A DNA stretch of 64,000 bases from Syntrophobacteraceae bacterium. Its GTDB lineage: Bacteria > Desulfobacterota > Syntrophobacteria > Syntrophobacterales > Syntrophobacteraceae. The notes beneath the pieces were generated by a model that saw nothing but the letters and a program-made list of their open reading frames with translations, was not told where the DNA came from and made no database searches. This document shows positions 38,054-46,892 of this stretch, one piece after another. Location of the stretch: contig JALOPI010000014.1 of assembly GCA_025453975.1 (NCBI GenBank), forward strand, positions 3,668-67,667, read 5' to 3'. A program made the translations under genes and the position numbers. The number at the start of each line of letters is the position of its first letter. Positions within the stretch are counted from its first letter, which is position 1.

Positions 38054-38260
38054 GCGCTTCCTTTCCATCGTCCAAGCAGTCAGCCTTCAGTTTCCCGCGG
38101 TCAGCCAGCGAATGGGACCGGGCTCCCATCGGCTGCACCGGCTGCGAAGCCCACCCCAAAATCAAGACTCCAGCCGAAGCTTGAAACCCGGGAGCCCCAC
38201 TGCCTCTCCCCGCATGAGCCCCCCAAGACATCCTGGGGAGGCCCGGAGCCCGGGATCGGG

Positions 38261-39556
38261 TCACTCCTTTCCAATATCCCGTCGATAGTACAGCCCATCG
38301 AACGAGATCTTCTCCATTTCGCCGTAGGCGATCTCGCGGGCCTCGGCCAGCGTGTCCCCGGCGCTCACGATGCAGAGCACACGTCCTCCAGTGGTGAGCC
38401 ATCGGCCGTCACCGTCCCGACCGGTGCCGGAATGGAAAACCAGGCATCCCGGATCGATGCGCTCGAGCCCCTCGATGGGAGCCCCGATGCGGTAGCGGTC
38501 GGGGTAGCCCTTGTACCAGCCCTTCTTCCCCTTGACCGGGCCGCTGGTGGCGATGAGGCACAGGCGGTAGCGCGGATCCCAGACCGGCCGGACCTCCTGG
38601 AGCCGCCCCGCGAGAACCGCCTCGCAGATGTCCACCAGGTCCGTCTCCAGGCGGGGCAGGATCACCTGGGCCTCGGGATCCCCGAGGCGAATGTTGATTT
38701 CCAGCACATACGGGACGATCTCCGCCCCCTCCTCCACCAGCATGAGCCCCAGGTAGAGAATCCCCCGGTAAAGGAGCCCGTATCGATCCCGGACCCCACG
38801 GATCAGAGGCTCGGCCACACGCGTCATGATGGTCCCGACCAGCCCGTCGTCCAGCCACGGATGAGGAGAGTAGGATCCCATCCCCCCCGTGTTCTTGCCC
38901 TCGTCGCCGTCCCGTGCCCGCTTGTAATCCTGGGCGGCCACCATGGGAACGATGGAGTAGCCGTCGGTGAAGCAGAAAAAGGAGAGCTCCCGGCCAAAGA
39001 GCCGTTTTTCGATATCCACCCGGGCCCCGGCGTCACCGAAGACCCGCTGCTCCATGATCTCATGGACCGCCTGCTCGGCCTCCTCCACCGTCGAGCAGAC
39101 GAGGGAGCCCTTGCCCGCCGCCAGACCATCGGCCTTCACCACCACGGGATATCCCACCTGCCTCACGTATTGCCGGGCCGGCCCGGCCTCCGAAAACACG
39201 GCGAACTCCGGGACAGGTATCCCCAGCTCACGGAGCATGACCTTGGCGTCGCACTTGCTCGACTCCAGACGGCTGGCCTGCCGGCTCGGCCCGATGATAT
39301 TCAGCCCCCGGCTTTGAAAAAGGTCAACGATGCCCGAGGACAGGGGCTTCTCCGGCCCCACGAAGGTCAGATCCACCCGCTCCCGCTCGGCAAAATCCAC
39401 CATCTCCTCGATGGTCTTCAAAGGGACACAGCCGGCGGTCTGGGCGATGCCCGCATTCCCGTGGGCCACGAGCACCTGCTTCACCCGCGGGCTGCGGGCG
39501 AAGGTCCACGCGATGGCGTGGTCACGCCCACCGCTTCCGATCACGAGCACCTTCAT
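38261..39556 (-). CDS. purD: phosphoribosylamine--glycine ligase
   Basis: MKVLVIGSGGRDHAIAW N-terminus, VVVKADGLAAGKG and NTGGMGSYSP are PurD signatures. ATG 39556 follows GGGAGA. Confidence 0.9.
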   Translation of the reverse strand: MKVLVIGSGGRDHAIAWTFARSPRVKQVLVAHGNAGIAQTAGCVPLKTIEEMVDFAERERVDLTFVGPEKPLSSGIVDLFQSRGLNIIGPSRQASRLESSKCDAKVMLRELGIPVPEFAVFSEAGPARQYVRQVGYPVVVKADGLAAGKGSLVCSTVEEAEQAVHEIMEQRVFGDAGARVDIEKRLFGRELSFFCFTDGYSIVPMVAAQDYKRARDGDEGKNTGGMGSYSPHPWLDDGLVGTIMTRVAEPLIRGVRDRYGLLYRGILYLGLMLVEEGAEIVPYVLEINIRLGDPEAQVILPRLETDLVDICEAVLAGRLQEVRPVWDPRYRLCLIATSGPVKGKKGWYKGYPDRYRIGAPIEGLERIDPGCLVFHSGTGRDGDGRWLTTGGRVLCIVSAGDTLAEAREIAYGEMEKISFDGLYYRRDIGKE

Positions 39557-39672
39557 GAACGCTTGTCTCCCGTTTTGCGTCTCGCCCCGCGGGCCATGGG
39601 AGCGCCCGGGGGGTCTTCGTTCGAGCACCTTCGAGCCAGGCGGCCCGAGGGCTTGATGCCAGCCGCCGGCTT

Positions 39673-40272
39673 TCAGCCCCGGGTGACCCCTTCCAGGTAC
39701 TCGCAGATATTCCCGTCATAGACGTGAGTCAGGCAGAACGCCTTCCTGGCCAGAAGCAGGCTGGTCTTTCGAGTCACCCTGCCCCCGCTCCCCTTCATTT
39801 CCTCCAGGATCAGCGGGTAGTCCGCCGGGTCCGTCACCACGGCCACATGGCGCCAGTTCTTGGCTGCGGCCCGGATCAGGGTGGGCCCGCCGATGTCGAT
39901 GTTCTCGATGGCGTCCTCCAGGGTGCAATCCGGCTTGGCCACGGTCTTGGCGAAGGCGTACAGGTTCACCACCACCATGTCGATGGGCTCGATGCCGTGC
40001 CGCCCCATGGTCTCCACATGAGCCTCGTTGTCGCGGATCCCCAGGATGCCCCCGTGGATCCTGGGATGAAGCGTCTTAACCCTCCCGTCCAGCATCTCGG
40101 GAAACCCCGTATAGTCCGAAACCTCGGTGATTTCCACCCCGTTGTCACGCAAAAGCTTGGCCGTCCCACCGGTGGACAGCATGTGAACTCCAAAAGGCTG
40201 GAGCCCTCTGGCGAAATCAGCCAGTCCGGCCTTGTCCGTCACGCTCAGCAGAGCCCGTCGAATCGGAAACAT
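39673..40272 (-). CDS. IMP cyclohydrolase / MGS-like domain protein (PurH N-terminal domain only, ~199 aa)
   Basis: [51 protein letters not shown] and [14 protein letters not shown] match the N-terminal IMPCH domain of PurH. The ORF stops where the AICAR transformylase domain would begin. GGAGGAGGGG SD upstream. Confidence 0.8.
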   Translation of the reverse strand: MFPIRRALLSVTDKAGLADFARGLQPFGVHMLSTGGTAKLLRDNGVEITEVSDYTGFPEMLDGRVKTLHPRIHGGILGIRDNEAHVETMGRHGIEPIDMVVVNLYAFAKTVAKPDCTLEDAIENIDIGGPTLIRAAAKNWRHVAVVTDPADYPLILEEMKGSGGRVTRKTSLLLARKAFCLTHVYDGNICEYLEGVTRG

Positions 40273-40303
40273 CTTGTACCCCTCCTCCCCGCAGTCAGCG
40301 GGA

Positions 40304-41074
40304 CTACTCGCCCAGTCCCTTCCACTTGGATCCCAAAAGACGATCGAAGAGCTCATCCGCCGCCTGGACGATGGGAGCCTCGTCCGGGAGCGTCGCCGTG
40401 GGCTTGCCTTCGAAATCGTACTGGGCCAGCATGGGATCGGCGGGCAGGACGAAAACCCGGTCCTCCCCGAAAGTCCTTCCCACATCCTCCGGCCATTGGG
40501 CACCGCCGTTCTCCATCTGGTTCACGATGAGCACGCTCTCCGTTACCCTTATGGGCAGGCTCTTCACCAGGTCCGCAATGCGGCAGGCGGCGGTGAGCCC
40601 CCTTCGGCTGGGGTCCGACACCAGCAGGAGCAGGTCGATGTCCTTTTGAGTCAGCCGGCTGAAGTGCTCCATGCCCGCCTCGTTGTCCACCACCAGGTAC
40701 TCGTAGTTGTTGATGAGCCGCTCGATGAGGCCGCTGAGCAGGTTGTTGGCCGCACAATAGCATCCGGCCCCCTCGGGCTGCCCCATGGCGATGAGATCGA
40801 ATCCATCGGCCTCCACCAGGGACTCCTCCATTTTCATCTCCATGAAAATGTCCTTGGTCATCCCCGATGGCACGTCTTTCTTCATGGTCTCCCGCGCATC
40901 GGAGAGGGTCTCGATGAGCCGGACCCCCAGCACGTCGTTCAAGTTGGAGTTCGAATCGGCGTCAATGGCCAGAACCGGCTTCATGCCGTGTCGAATCATG
41001 TATCGGATGAGCAGACCCGCGATGGTCGTCTTGCCCGTTCCCCCTTTTCCACCCAAAGCAACGGTGAAGCTCAT
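40304..41074 (-). CDS. CooC/AcsF-type P-loop ATPase (Ni-insertion accessory protein family)
   Basis: [17 protein letters not shown] deviant Walker [13 protein letters not shown] (CxC metal motif) and [13 protein letters not shown] are typical of CooC-like MinD/ParA-family ATPases. Confidence 0.75.
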   Translation of the reverse strand: MSFTVALGGKGGTGKTTIAGLLIRYMIRHGMKPVLAIDADSNSNLNDVLGVRLIETLSDARETMKKDVPSGMTKDIFMEMKMEESLVEADGFDLIAMGQPEGAGCYCAANNLLSGLIERLINNYEYLVVDNEAGMEHFSRLTQKDIDLLLLVSDPSRRGLTAACRIADLVKSLPIRVTESVLIVNQMENGGAQWPEDVGRTFGEDRVFVLPADPMLAQYDFEGKPTATLPDEAPIVQAADELFDRLLGSKWKGLGE

Positions 41075-41181
41075 TACCTTTCCTCCCGGCGAAACCTCGG
41101 CCTATTCGAAAATGGTTCAAAGAAACACGGGCAGCTCCTCTGACGAGGCACTCCCCGAAGCTTGGTGGTCCCAGACCCGAC

Positions 41182-41607
41182 TCAGCCATCGCTCCCTGTG
41201 ATCCGCAGCCAGAGCGCCGTGCAAAACCCCCAGATGGCATTGTAGAAGCACACGAAGACAGGGGTGAGCTTCCCCAGGCCCAGGCCCAGCACACCTTTGC
41301 CTGCCATGAACGGAAGCACGTAAAACAGCTGCACGACGGTCGGCGCGAAACTGAGGAGAATCCCCCGGCTGAACACCCCGGCCCAGAATCCTCCCTTCAT
41401 GACGGGAAGGAGGAAAATGAGCCCCCATATCCCGCCCCACACCAGCCGCTGATACAGGAAGGATGTCGCCCAGGATGGCGCGATGGCCACCCCCACCATC
41501 TGGGGTATGCCTTTGCGGCCCAGGTACCACACCACGGCCGCATTCACCAGCCCCCCCACACAGCCCGCGGCGAAGCAGAGGCTGGCACGGCGATAGAAGT
41601 CGCTCAT
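41182..41607 (-). CDS. small integral membrane protein (about 4 TM), unknown function
   Basis: ATG 41607. The 141-aa product is dominated by hydrophobic segments (CFAAGCVGGLVNAAVVWYL, WGGIWGLIFLLPV, VVQLFYVLPFMAG, VFVCFYNAIWGFCTALWL). Confidence 0.5.
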   Translation of the reverse strand: MSDFYRRASLCFAAGCVGGLVNAAVVWYLGRKGIPQMVGVAIAPSWATSFLYQRLVWGGIWGLIFLLPVMKGGFWAGVFSRGILLSFAPTVVQLFYVLPFMAGKGVLGLGLGKLTPVFVCFYNAIWGFCTALWLRITGSDG

Positions 41608-41732
41608 GAAAACAACCCTTCGGTCTGTCGCCCGCCCAGCAGGCGCACCGGCCGGGCAGCCGCCGGCCTCGAGCCGTCCGCGGCCGCGCGCAATGAGCCC
41701 GCCTGCAGGCGATCTTTCTACTGAAATGTGAT

Positions 41733-41761
41733 TTGATAACACAAGCCCAAAGTTTTATAAA
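41733..41761 (+). promoter_or_regulatory. sigma70-like promoter candidate for aroE-aroA-dacB
   Basis: TTGATA (41733-38), an exact 17-nt spacer, then TATAAA (41756-61). It sits in a locally AT-rich patch 34 nt upstream of ATG 41795. Confidence 0.4.
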
Positions 41762-41794
41762 GCTCCCAAGACCCTTGTCGACCCGGCTCCTTCG

Positions 41795-42703
41795 ATGCCC
41801 CGCCCCGGAGGAGCTTCTTTTTCCTTCTCGAATCCCGGAGCCCCTGTCGTGATCCAGCCGGTACAAGCGGATCTTTTTGCCGTCATCGGACATCCCGTGG
41901 CCCACAGCCTGAGCCCGGTCATGATGAACGCCGTTCTCGGAGCCCTTGAAATCCCGGCCGTCTATGTGGCCCTGGATGTGGACAGCCCGGAGAAGGACCT
42001 TCAAACCCTGGCCGAGGCCGGGTTCCGTGGACTGAGCGTTACCATCCCCCACAAGGAGGCAGCCCTGCGCCTGGCCACCGAGGTGGACGAGACCGCATCC
42101 GCCATCGGGGCCGTGAACACACTGCGCCTTGGCCATGGAGGCTGGGAAGGGCGGAACACGGACTGGATCGGGGCCGTGGAAGCGCTCGGACGGGAAACGT
42201 CCCTGCGCTCCCGGAGGGCATTGGTCATCGGCGCCGGGGGAGCGGCCCGAGCCGTCGCGTATGGCCTGAAGCGGGAAGGAGCGGCGGTCGCCATCACCAA
42301 CCGTGGCCGCGAGCGCGGAGAGAGGCTCGCTCGAGCCTTCGACTGCGATCTCGTGCCCATGGAGCATCTGGGGGAAACGGGCCGCGGCCACCGATTCGAC
42401 ATCATCGTTCAGTGCACGTCCGTGGGCCTCCAGGGCGCGGAATCGAGCCTTCCCCTGCCGGACGGCCTCTTCGGTCCGGACACCGTCGTCATGGACATCG
42501 TCTACCGCCCCTCCCGAACACCGTTCCTCCAGCGCGCGATCCAGCGGGGCTGCCGCGTCGTGCAGGGCTACGAAATGCTCCTCCACCAGGGAATCGCCCA
42601 ACTGGACTGGTGGCTGGACGGAATCCCCGGCGCCCGGGAGGAAGCGCTGCAAGTCATGCGAAACGCATTGGAAAAGGCATTGTCCCATGAATCCCAGCAT
42701 TAG
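41795..42703 (+). CDS. aroE: shikimate dehydrogenase
   Basis: LFAVIGHPVAHSLSPVMMNA, GLSVTIPHKEAA, AVNTL and VIGAGGAARAVAYGL are AroE motifs. An alternative GTG start at 41849 has a GGAG SD. Confidence 0.85.
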   Translation: MPRPGGASFSFSNPGAPVVIQPVQADLFAVIGHPVAHSLSPVMMNAVLGALEIPAVYVALDVDSPEKDLQTLAEAGFRGLSVTIPHKEAALRLATEVDETASAIGAVNTLRLGHGGWEGRNTDWIGAVEALGRETSLRSRRALVIGAGGAARAVAYGLKREGAAVAITNRGRERGERLARAFDCDLVPMEHLGETGRGHRFDIIVQCTSVGLQGAESSLPLPDGLFGPDTVVMDIVYRPSRTPFLQRAIQRGCRVVQGYEMLLHQGIAQLDWWLDGIPGAREEALQVMRNALEKALSHESQH

Positions 42704-43976
42704 GTCCATCCAGCCCATCGCCGCCGCGCGGGGAGCCGTCCGCATTCCAGGATCCAAATCCATCTCCCACCGGGCCCTCATCATGGCCGCCCTGGCGAGG
42801 GGCCCGAGCCACATCGCCAATGCGCTGTCCGCTCAGGATACGATCCTCACGGCCCAGGCCCTGCGAGCCCTCGGTGTTGAGATCCGCTGGGAGGGCGACG
42901 CCATCCAGGTGGTTCCCCCCGGCAGGCGCTGGCAGTCCCCGCCCCAGCCCATCCTCCTTGGAAACAGCGGCACCAGCATGCGACTCCTGCCCGCCGTGGC
43001 CGCCCTGGGGACCGGACGATTCATTTTCGATGGCGATCCAAGACTTCGCGAGCGTCCCGTGGGGCCCATCGTGGCCGCCCTCCGTCAGTTGGGCGTCCAA
43101 TGTCGTTATTTGATGGAGGAAGGGTTTCCCCCATTTGAGCTGGTGAGCGAGGGGATCGAGGGCGGGGAAGTCCTCGTGGACGCCCGACAGAGCAGCCAGT
43201 TTCTCTCGGCCATTCTTTTGGCTGCGCCCCAGGCCCGCCGGACACTGCAGGTGTCATGGCCGACCCCGGTCGCTTCGTATCCTTACGTGGCATTGACTTT
43301 GTCCATGATGGCCCGGGCGGGTATCCGCGTCGACCGCCTGGACGCCGACCGGGTCTCCATTCCCGCCCCTCAGACCTACCCCGCCCTTCAGTACACCGTG
43401 GAAGGAGACTGCTCCTCGGCTTCCTACTTCTGGGCCGCCGCCGCCATCACCGGCGGAGAGGTGCTCACCTTCCCCATCGCCCAGGACAGCCTGCAGGGGG
43501 ATCGGGATCTTCTGGACATTCTCAAAGCCATGGGGTGCGGGGTGGAATGGGTGGACGGCGGGGTGCGGGTTTCGGGACCTCGAGCCCTGAAGCCCGTGGA
43601 TATCGACATGAACGCCATGCCGGACATGGTCCCCACCCTGGCCGCGGTCGCGGCCTTCGCCGAGGGTGAAAGCCGCATACGAAACGTCGCGCACCTGCGG
43701 GTCAAGGAGTCCGACCGCCTTCAGGTGACGGCCATGGAGCTCAGGAAGCTCCAGGTTCCCGTGGAGGAGCTCTCCGACGGCCTCATCATCGAAGGAGGCG
43801 TGGTGCGGTCTCCCCGGGTACCTATCCAGGCCCACAACGATCACAGGATCGCCATGACCTTCGCTGTCATGGGCCTCCGGACTCCCGGTGTCGTCATCGA
43901 GGGGGCGGAATCCGTGGCCAAATCCTTTCCCGACTTCTGGGAGGTCTTCGAGCGCCTTGGCGACCCTCATCCCTGA
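42687..43976 (+). CDS. aroA: 3-phosphoshikimate 1-carboxyvinyltransferase (EPSP synthase)
   Basis: IPGSKSISHRALIMAALA, LGNSGTSMRLL, RERPVGPIV, QSSQFLSAILLAAP and RVKESDRL are AroA motifs. The ATG overlaps the aroE 3' end by 17 nt. Confidence 0.9.
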   Translation: MNPSIRSIQPIAAARGAVRIPGSKSISHRALIMAALARGPSHIANALSAQDTILTAQALRALGVEIRWEGDAIQVVPPGRRWQSPPQPILLGNSGTSMRLLPAVAALGTGRFIFDGDPRLRERPVGPIVAALRQLGVQCRYLMEEGFPPFELVSEGIEGGEVLVDARQSSQFLSAILLAAPQARRTLQVSWPTPVASYPYVALTLSMMARAGIRVDRLDADRVSIPAPQTYPALQYTVEGDCSSASYFWAAAAITGGEVLTFPIAQDSLQGDRDLLDILKAMGCGVEWVDGGVRVSGPRALKPVDIDMNAMPDMVPTLAAVAAFAEGESRIRNVAHLRVKESDRLQVTAMELRKLQVPVEELSDGLIIEGGVVRSPRVPIQAHNDHRIAMTFAVMGLRTPGVVIEGAESVAKSFPDFWEVFERLGDPHP

Positions 43977-45417
43977 TCCGCGGATCCTGCTCGCCAGCCT
44001 CGCCGTTGTCCTGCTCCTGAGTGCGCCCGACGCTCGAGCCACCGCCTGGGAGCAGATCCAGGCCCAGCTCCTGAGCCAGGCCGGCGAGGCCGCCGGAAGC
44101 CTGGGCGTCGAGGTGATCGCCCTGCCGTCCGGACATCCCCTGTGGAGCCATCGGGCCATGGAGCCCATGATTCCCGCATCCCTCCTCAAGGCCGCCACCA
44201 GCTACGCGGCTCTCAAAACCCTCGGGCCAGGTCACCGATTCCGAACCACCGCGCAGACCAACGGCACCATGGAGGGAAGCACCCTCGTCGGCGACCTCTG
44301 GCTCAAGAGCGAGGGGGACATCTTCTGGACCGCCGAGCGTGCTTCGAGCCTGGCTTTGCAGCTCAAGGCGAAGGGTTTGGAGGCCATCCGCGGTCGAATC
44401 CGGGTGGACAACTCTCATTTCTCCCCCCCGTTCGAGCGCGTCTGCCTGGATGAGCCTTGCGAGGACTCGTACAACCCCATGATCTCGGGGACGGCCATCG
44501 AATTCAACTCCTTCCTGGCACGCGTGCGCCCCGCCTCCTCGGTGGGCAAGCCTCCCCGGGTGGAGTGGCTTCCACCCGGCGCGTATGCACGGGTACTCCA
44601 GCAGGCCAGGACCGCGTCCAGAAAATCCAGGTCCACTCTGGTCCTGGAGCGGCTGGAGCCGGACACCTTGGGCGTCATGCGGCTTCAACTGTCAGGCCAG
44701 ATCCCCATCTCGCGGACGGTGGCCATGGAAAGGCGCTTCAGCGCCGAGAGGCCAGCCACCTTCGTAGCCGAGGTCTTCACGACGATCATCGAGTCATCGG
44801 GCATCCGGGTGGAAGCTCGCACCCCGGATGGGAAAGCGCCGGAATCCATGCCCGCCGACGCCAGAATCCTGGCCGAGGACCTGTCACCCCCCCTGGCGGA
44901 AACGATCCATGGTCTGAACCGACACAGCAATAATTTCATGGCCGAAATGCTCCTGCGGGCCATGGGGGCGGCCGCGCTGGGACCCCCGGGAACGGAAGCC
45001 AAGGGTCTCGCCGTCATGAGCAAGGTCATGATGGCGCTGGGAGCCGAAACGGAGCATTGCGTTCTGAAGACCGGGTCGGGGCTCAGCCGGTCCTGCCGCA
45101 TGAGCCCCCGTTCCCTCGGCAGGATCCTGGTGGCGGCCTTTTCGGACAGGGCACTGGGAGCAGCCTTCATGAATTCCCTGGCGGTAAACGGTCAGGAGGG
45201 GACCATGAGGCGTCGGATCAGCAGCCCTTCAGTGACGATCCGGGGAAAAACGGGAACGCTGAGGGACGTGACGGGATTCGCGGGGTATGTGTCGAGCCCC
45301 GGACGCCCAAGCTACGCGGTGGTCATCCTTTTCAATGACGTGCATCATCTTGGGAGAGCCAGGGAAGCCATGGACTCCTTCCTGGAAAAACTCGCCCTGG
45401 CCGGTCCGCCGCCGTGA
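43957..45417 (+). CDS. dacB: D-alanyl-D-alanine carboxypeptidase/endopeptidase (PBP4, peptidase S13)
   Basis: SxxK (PASLLK), SxN (HSNNFMAEMLLR) and KTG (RGKTGTL) boxes. Signal peptide LLASLAVVLLLSAPDARA. TTG 43957 (GGGAGG upstream) is chosen. ATG 43888 is in frame but overlaps aroA by 89 nt. Confidence 0.8.
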   Translation: MATLIPDPRILLASLAVVLLLSAPDARATAWEQIQAQLLSQAGEAAGSLGVEVIALPSGHPLWSHRAMEPMIPASLLKAATSYAALKTLGPGHRFRTTAQTNGTMEGSTLVGDLWLKSEGDIFWTAERASSLALQLKAKGLEAIRGRIRVDNSHFSPPFERVCLDEPCEDSYNPMISGTAIEFNSFLARVRPASSVGKPPRVEWLPPGAYARVLQQARTASRKSRSTLVLERLEPDTLGVMRLQLSGQIPISRTVAMERRFSAERPATFVAEVFTTIIESSGIRVEARTPDGKAPESMPADARILAEDLSPPLAETIHGLNRHSNNFMAEMLLRAMGAAALGPPGTEAKGLAVMSKVMMALGAETEHCVLKTGSGLSRSCRMSPRSLGRILVAAFSDRALGAAFMNSLAVNGQEGTMRRRISSPSVTIRGKTGTLRDVTGFAGYVSSPGRPSYAVVILFNDVHHLGRAREAMDSFLEKLALAGPPP

Positions 45418-45482
45418 CATGAAGTCGAGAAGAGCACGCGCCCAAGCTGGACGCCTCGGAATGGACAGGGGGTTAAAGGGGC

Positions 45483-45528
45483 CGCTTTCGCCGGGGGGCG
45501 CCCCATAACGGGGGGCCCGGCGAAAGCG
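45483..45528. other. 13-bp perfect inverted repeat (stem-loop) in a 328-nt non-coding gap
   Basis: CGCTTTCGCCGGG (45483-95) pairs with CCCGGCGAAAGCG (45516-28) around a 20-nt loop that can itself pair (CCCC/GGGG). No U-tract follows directly. Confidence 0.5.
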
Positions 45529-45745
45529 TTGGTGCGGACAGGCGGGGACACTGCCCGGTGGGGGTTGGCAGCTCCCCAAGCTGAACGGATAGAGATGAGA
45601 GGTGAGTCTCTATGGGTCAACCTTTTACCCCGGTCATCCGGGATCCGAAATGGGGTGTGCACCTTATTTTTGAATGGCCATGACAGTATTCACCGTACCT
45701 CGTCCGGCAGGCTTCTTCCAGCCGGATGGCGGCCTCCCGTCGATC

Positions 45746-46330
45746 TCACGATCCGTTGCCTCGAACAAATCGTATGAAGTCGAGCGTATTCGTCAAGTCC
45801 ATGGGGATCTCATTGAAGTACTCTCCCAGTGTTTCCAGCTCATGGGTGTCGCTGTTGCAAAACATGCGCAGCCCCCTCCGCTCGGCAACCTGTTGAGCCA
45901 GCGCCCGCGTCCGCCGGTCCATGTTGCTGCTCCAGACCTCCAGCCCGTCCAGGTCCGCCGCGTCGATCCAGTCCATCCACTCGGCGCCGAACCGGAACGG
46001 GTGTGCCCAGATCACGATGCCGCCGCGCTGATGCACTGCATCCACGAGGTCCACGATGCCATGATACCGGGGAATCTTCTCATTCTCCCCATCGGGCAGA
46101 AAGATGAGGAGATGGTTGTCCCGAAATGCATATTCCGACCCCCGAAAAATCGTCAGCTGGGGATACTGCTCCTGCAGGGCCGTCAAATCCGATGCGGGCC
46201 ACCACACATCGTGCTCGGTGAGGGCGATACCCCTCAGGCCCAAAGACACGGCCCGTCCGCACACTTCCGACGCCTTCACCAGCGAGCAGGGGGAATAGTG
46301 TGAGGTGTGGACGTGAAAATCGTATTTCAT
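45746..46330 (-). CDS. PHP-domain metal-dependent phosphoesterase
   Basis: MKYDFHVHTSHYSPCS (HxH motif), IALTEHD, IWAHPFR and NSDTHE are PHP-domain metal-ligand motifs. Confidence 0.8.
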   Translation of the reverse strand: MKYDFHVHTSHYSPCSLVKASEVCGRAVSLGLRGIALTEHDVWWPASDLTALQEQYPQLTIFRGSEYAFRDNHLLIFLPDGENEKIPRYHGIVDLVDAVHQRGGIVIWAHPFRFGAEWMDWIDAADLDGLEVWSSNMDRRTRALAQQVAERRGLRMFCNSDTHELETLGEYFNEIPMDLTNTLDFIRFVRGNGS

Positions 46331-46397
46331 GGCTTTCCCTTACCCTTGCGTGATCCCGTCATCAAGCGCACGTCCAGGGGGAAGCCCCGGAACGGGC

Positions 46398-46679
46398 TCA
46401 AACGACCCGGTACCTGGGCTCTTCCAAGTGGCCGCTCTTGCAGGAGGGGCACCGCCCGGGCCGGTCCAGACGCTTCCTCTCATCGAACCGGTAGCCGCAG
46501 ACCATGCAGGAAAATGACTCCACCCGGAGCTTGAGTCCCCTGGCCGCCGCTGATCGGGCCACATACGGAATATGCTCGTAAACGTCCCGCTCCCGGATGC
46601 CCAGGCATTGCGACACCTGCCGGGCAGTCCTGGGACCGTCCATGAGCAGCTCAAGCATCTGTTGCCGCACCGTCACCAT
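46398..46679 (-). CDS. small transcriptional regulator, HTH fused to C-terminal zinc ribbon
   Basis: ATG 46679. LELLMDGPRTARQVSQCLGIRERDVYEHI is wHTH-like, and CMVCGYRF...CPSCKS is a Zn ribbon. The upstream 57 codons of the track ORF are rejected. Confidence 0.6.
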   Translation of the reverse strand: MVTVRQQMLELLMDGPRTARQVSQCLGIRERDVYEHIPYVARSAAARGLKLRVESFSCMVCGYRFDERKRLDRPGRCPSCKSGHLEEPRYRVV

Positions 46680-46892
46680 TCCATGGATCCCATGAGCCCC
46701 CTGGCAGCCCGCTCTCCGCCCGAACGATGGTTTCAGCGGGATATCTCGCCTCGCCCGGGGCGTCCGGAGGAGACTCCCGCTCTTCAAAACTCGAATTTTA
46801 TGATAGCCACGGAAGGGCGGAATGGAAACCATCCTGGGGCGAGGTCTCAAAGGCGAGATCCGGACTCCGGGGGCACTTCACTCCAGGCTCCG

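Noticed and set aside
38054-38260. Possible ZTP (pfl) or purine riboswitch upstream of purE
   Set aside because: The minus strand shows GCTGGCTGACCGCGGGAAAC and GGCTGACTGCTTGGAC, which loosely resemble ZTP elements. The conserved 3' CCGCCTGGGC pseudoknot segment and the purine-riboswitch core are absent.
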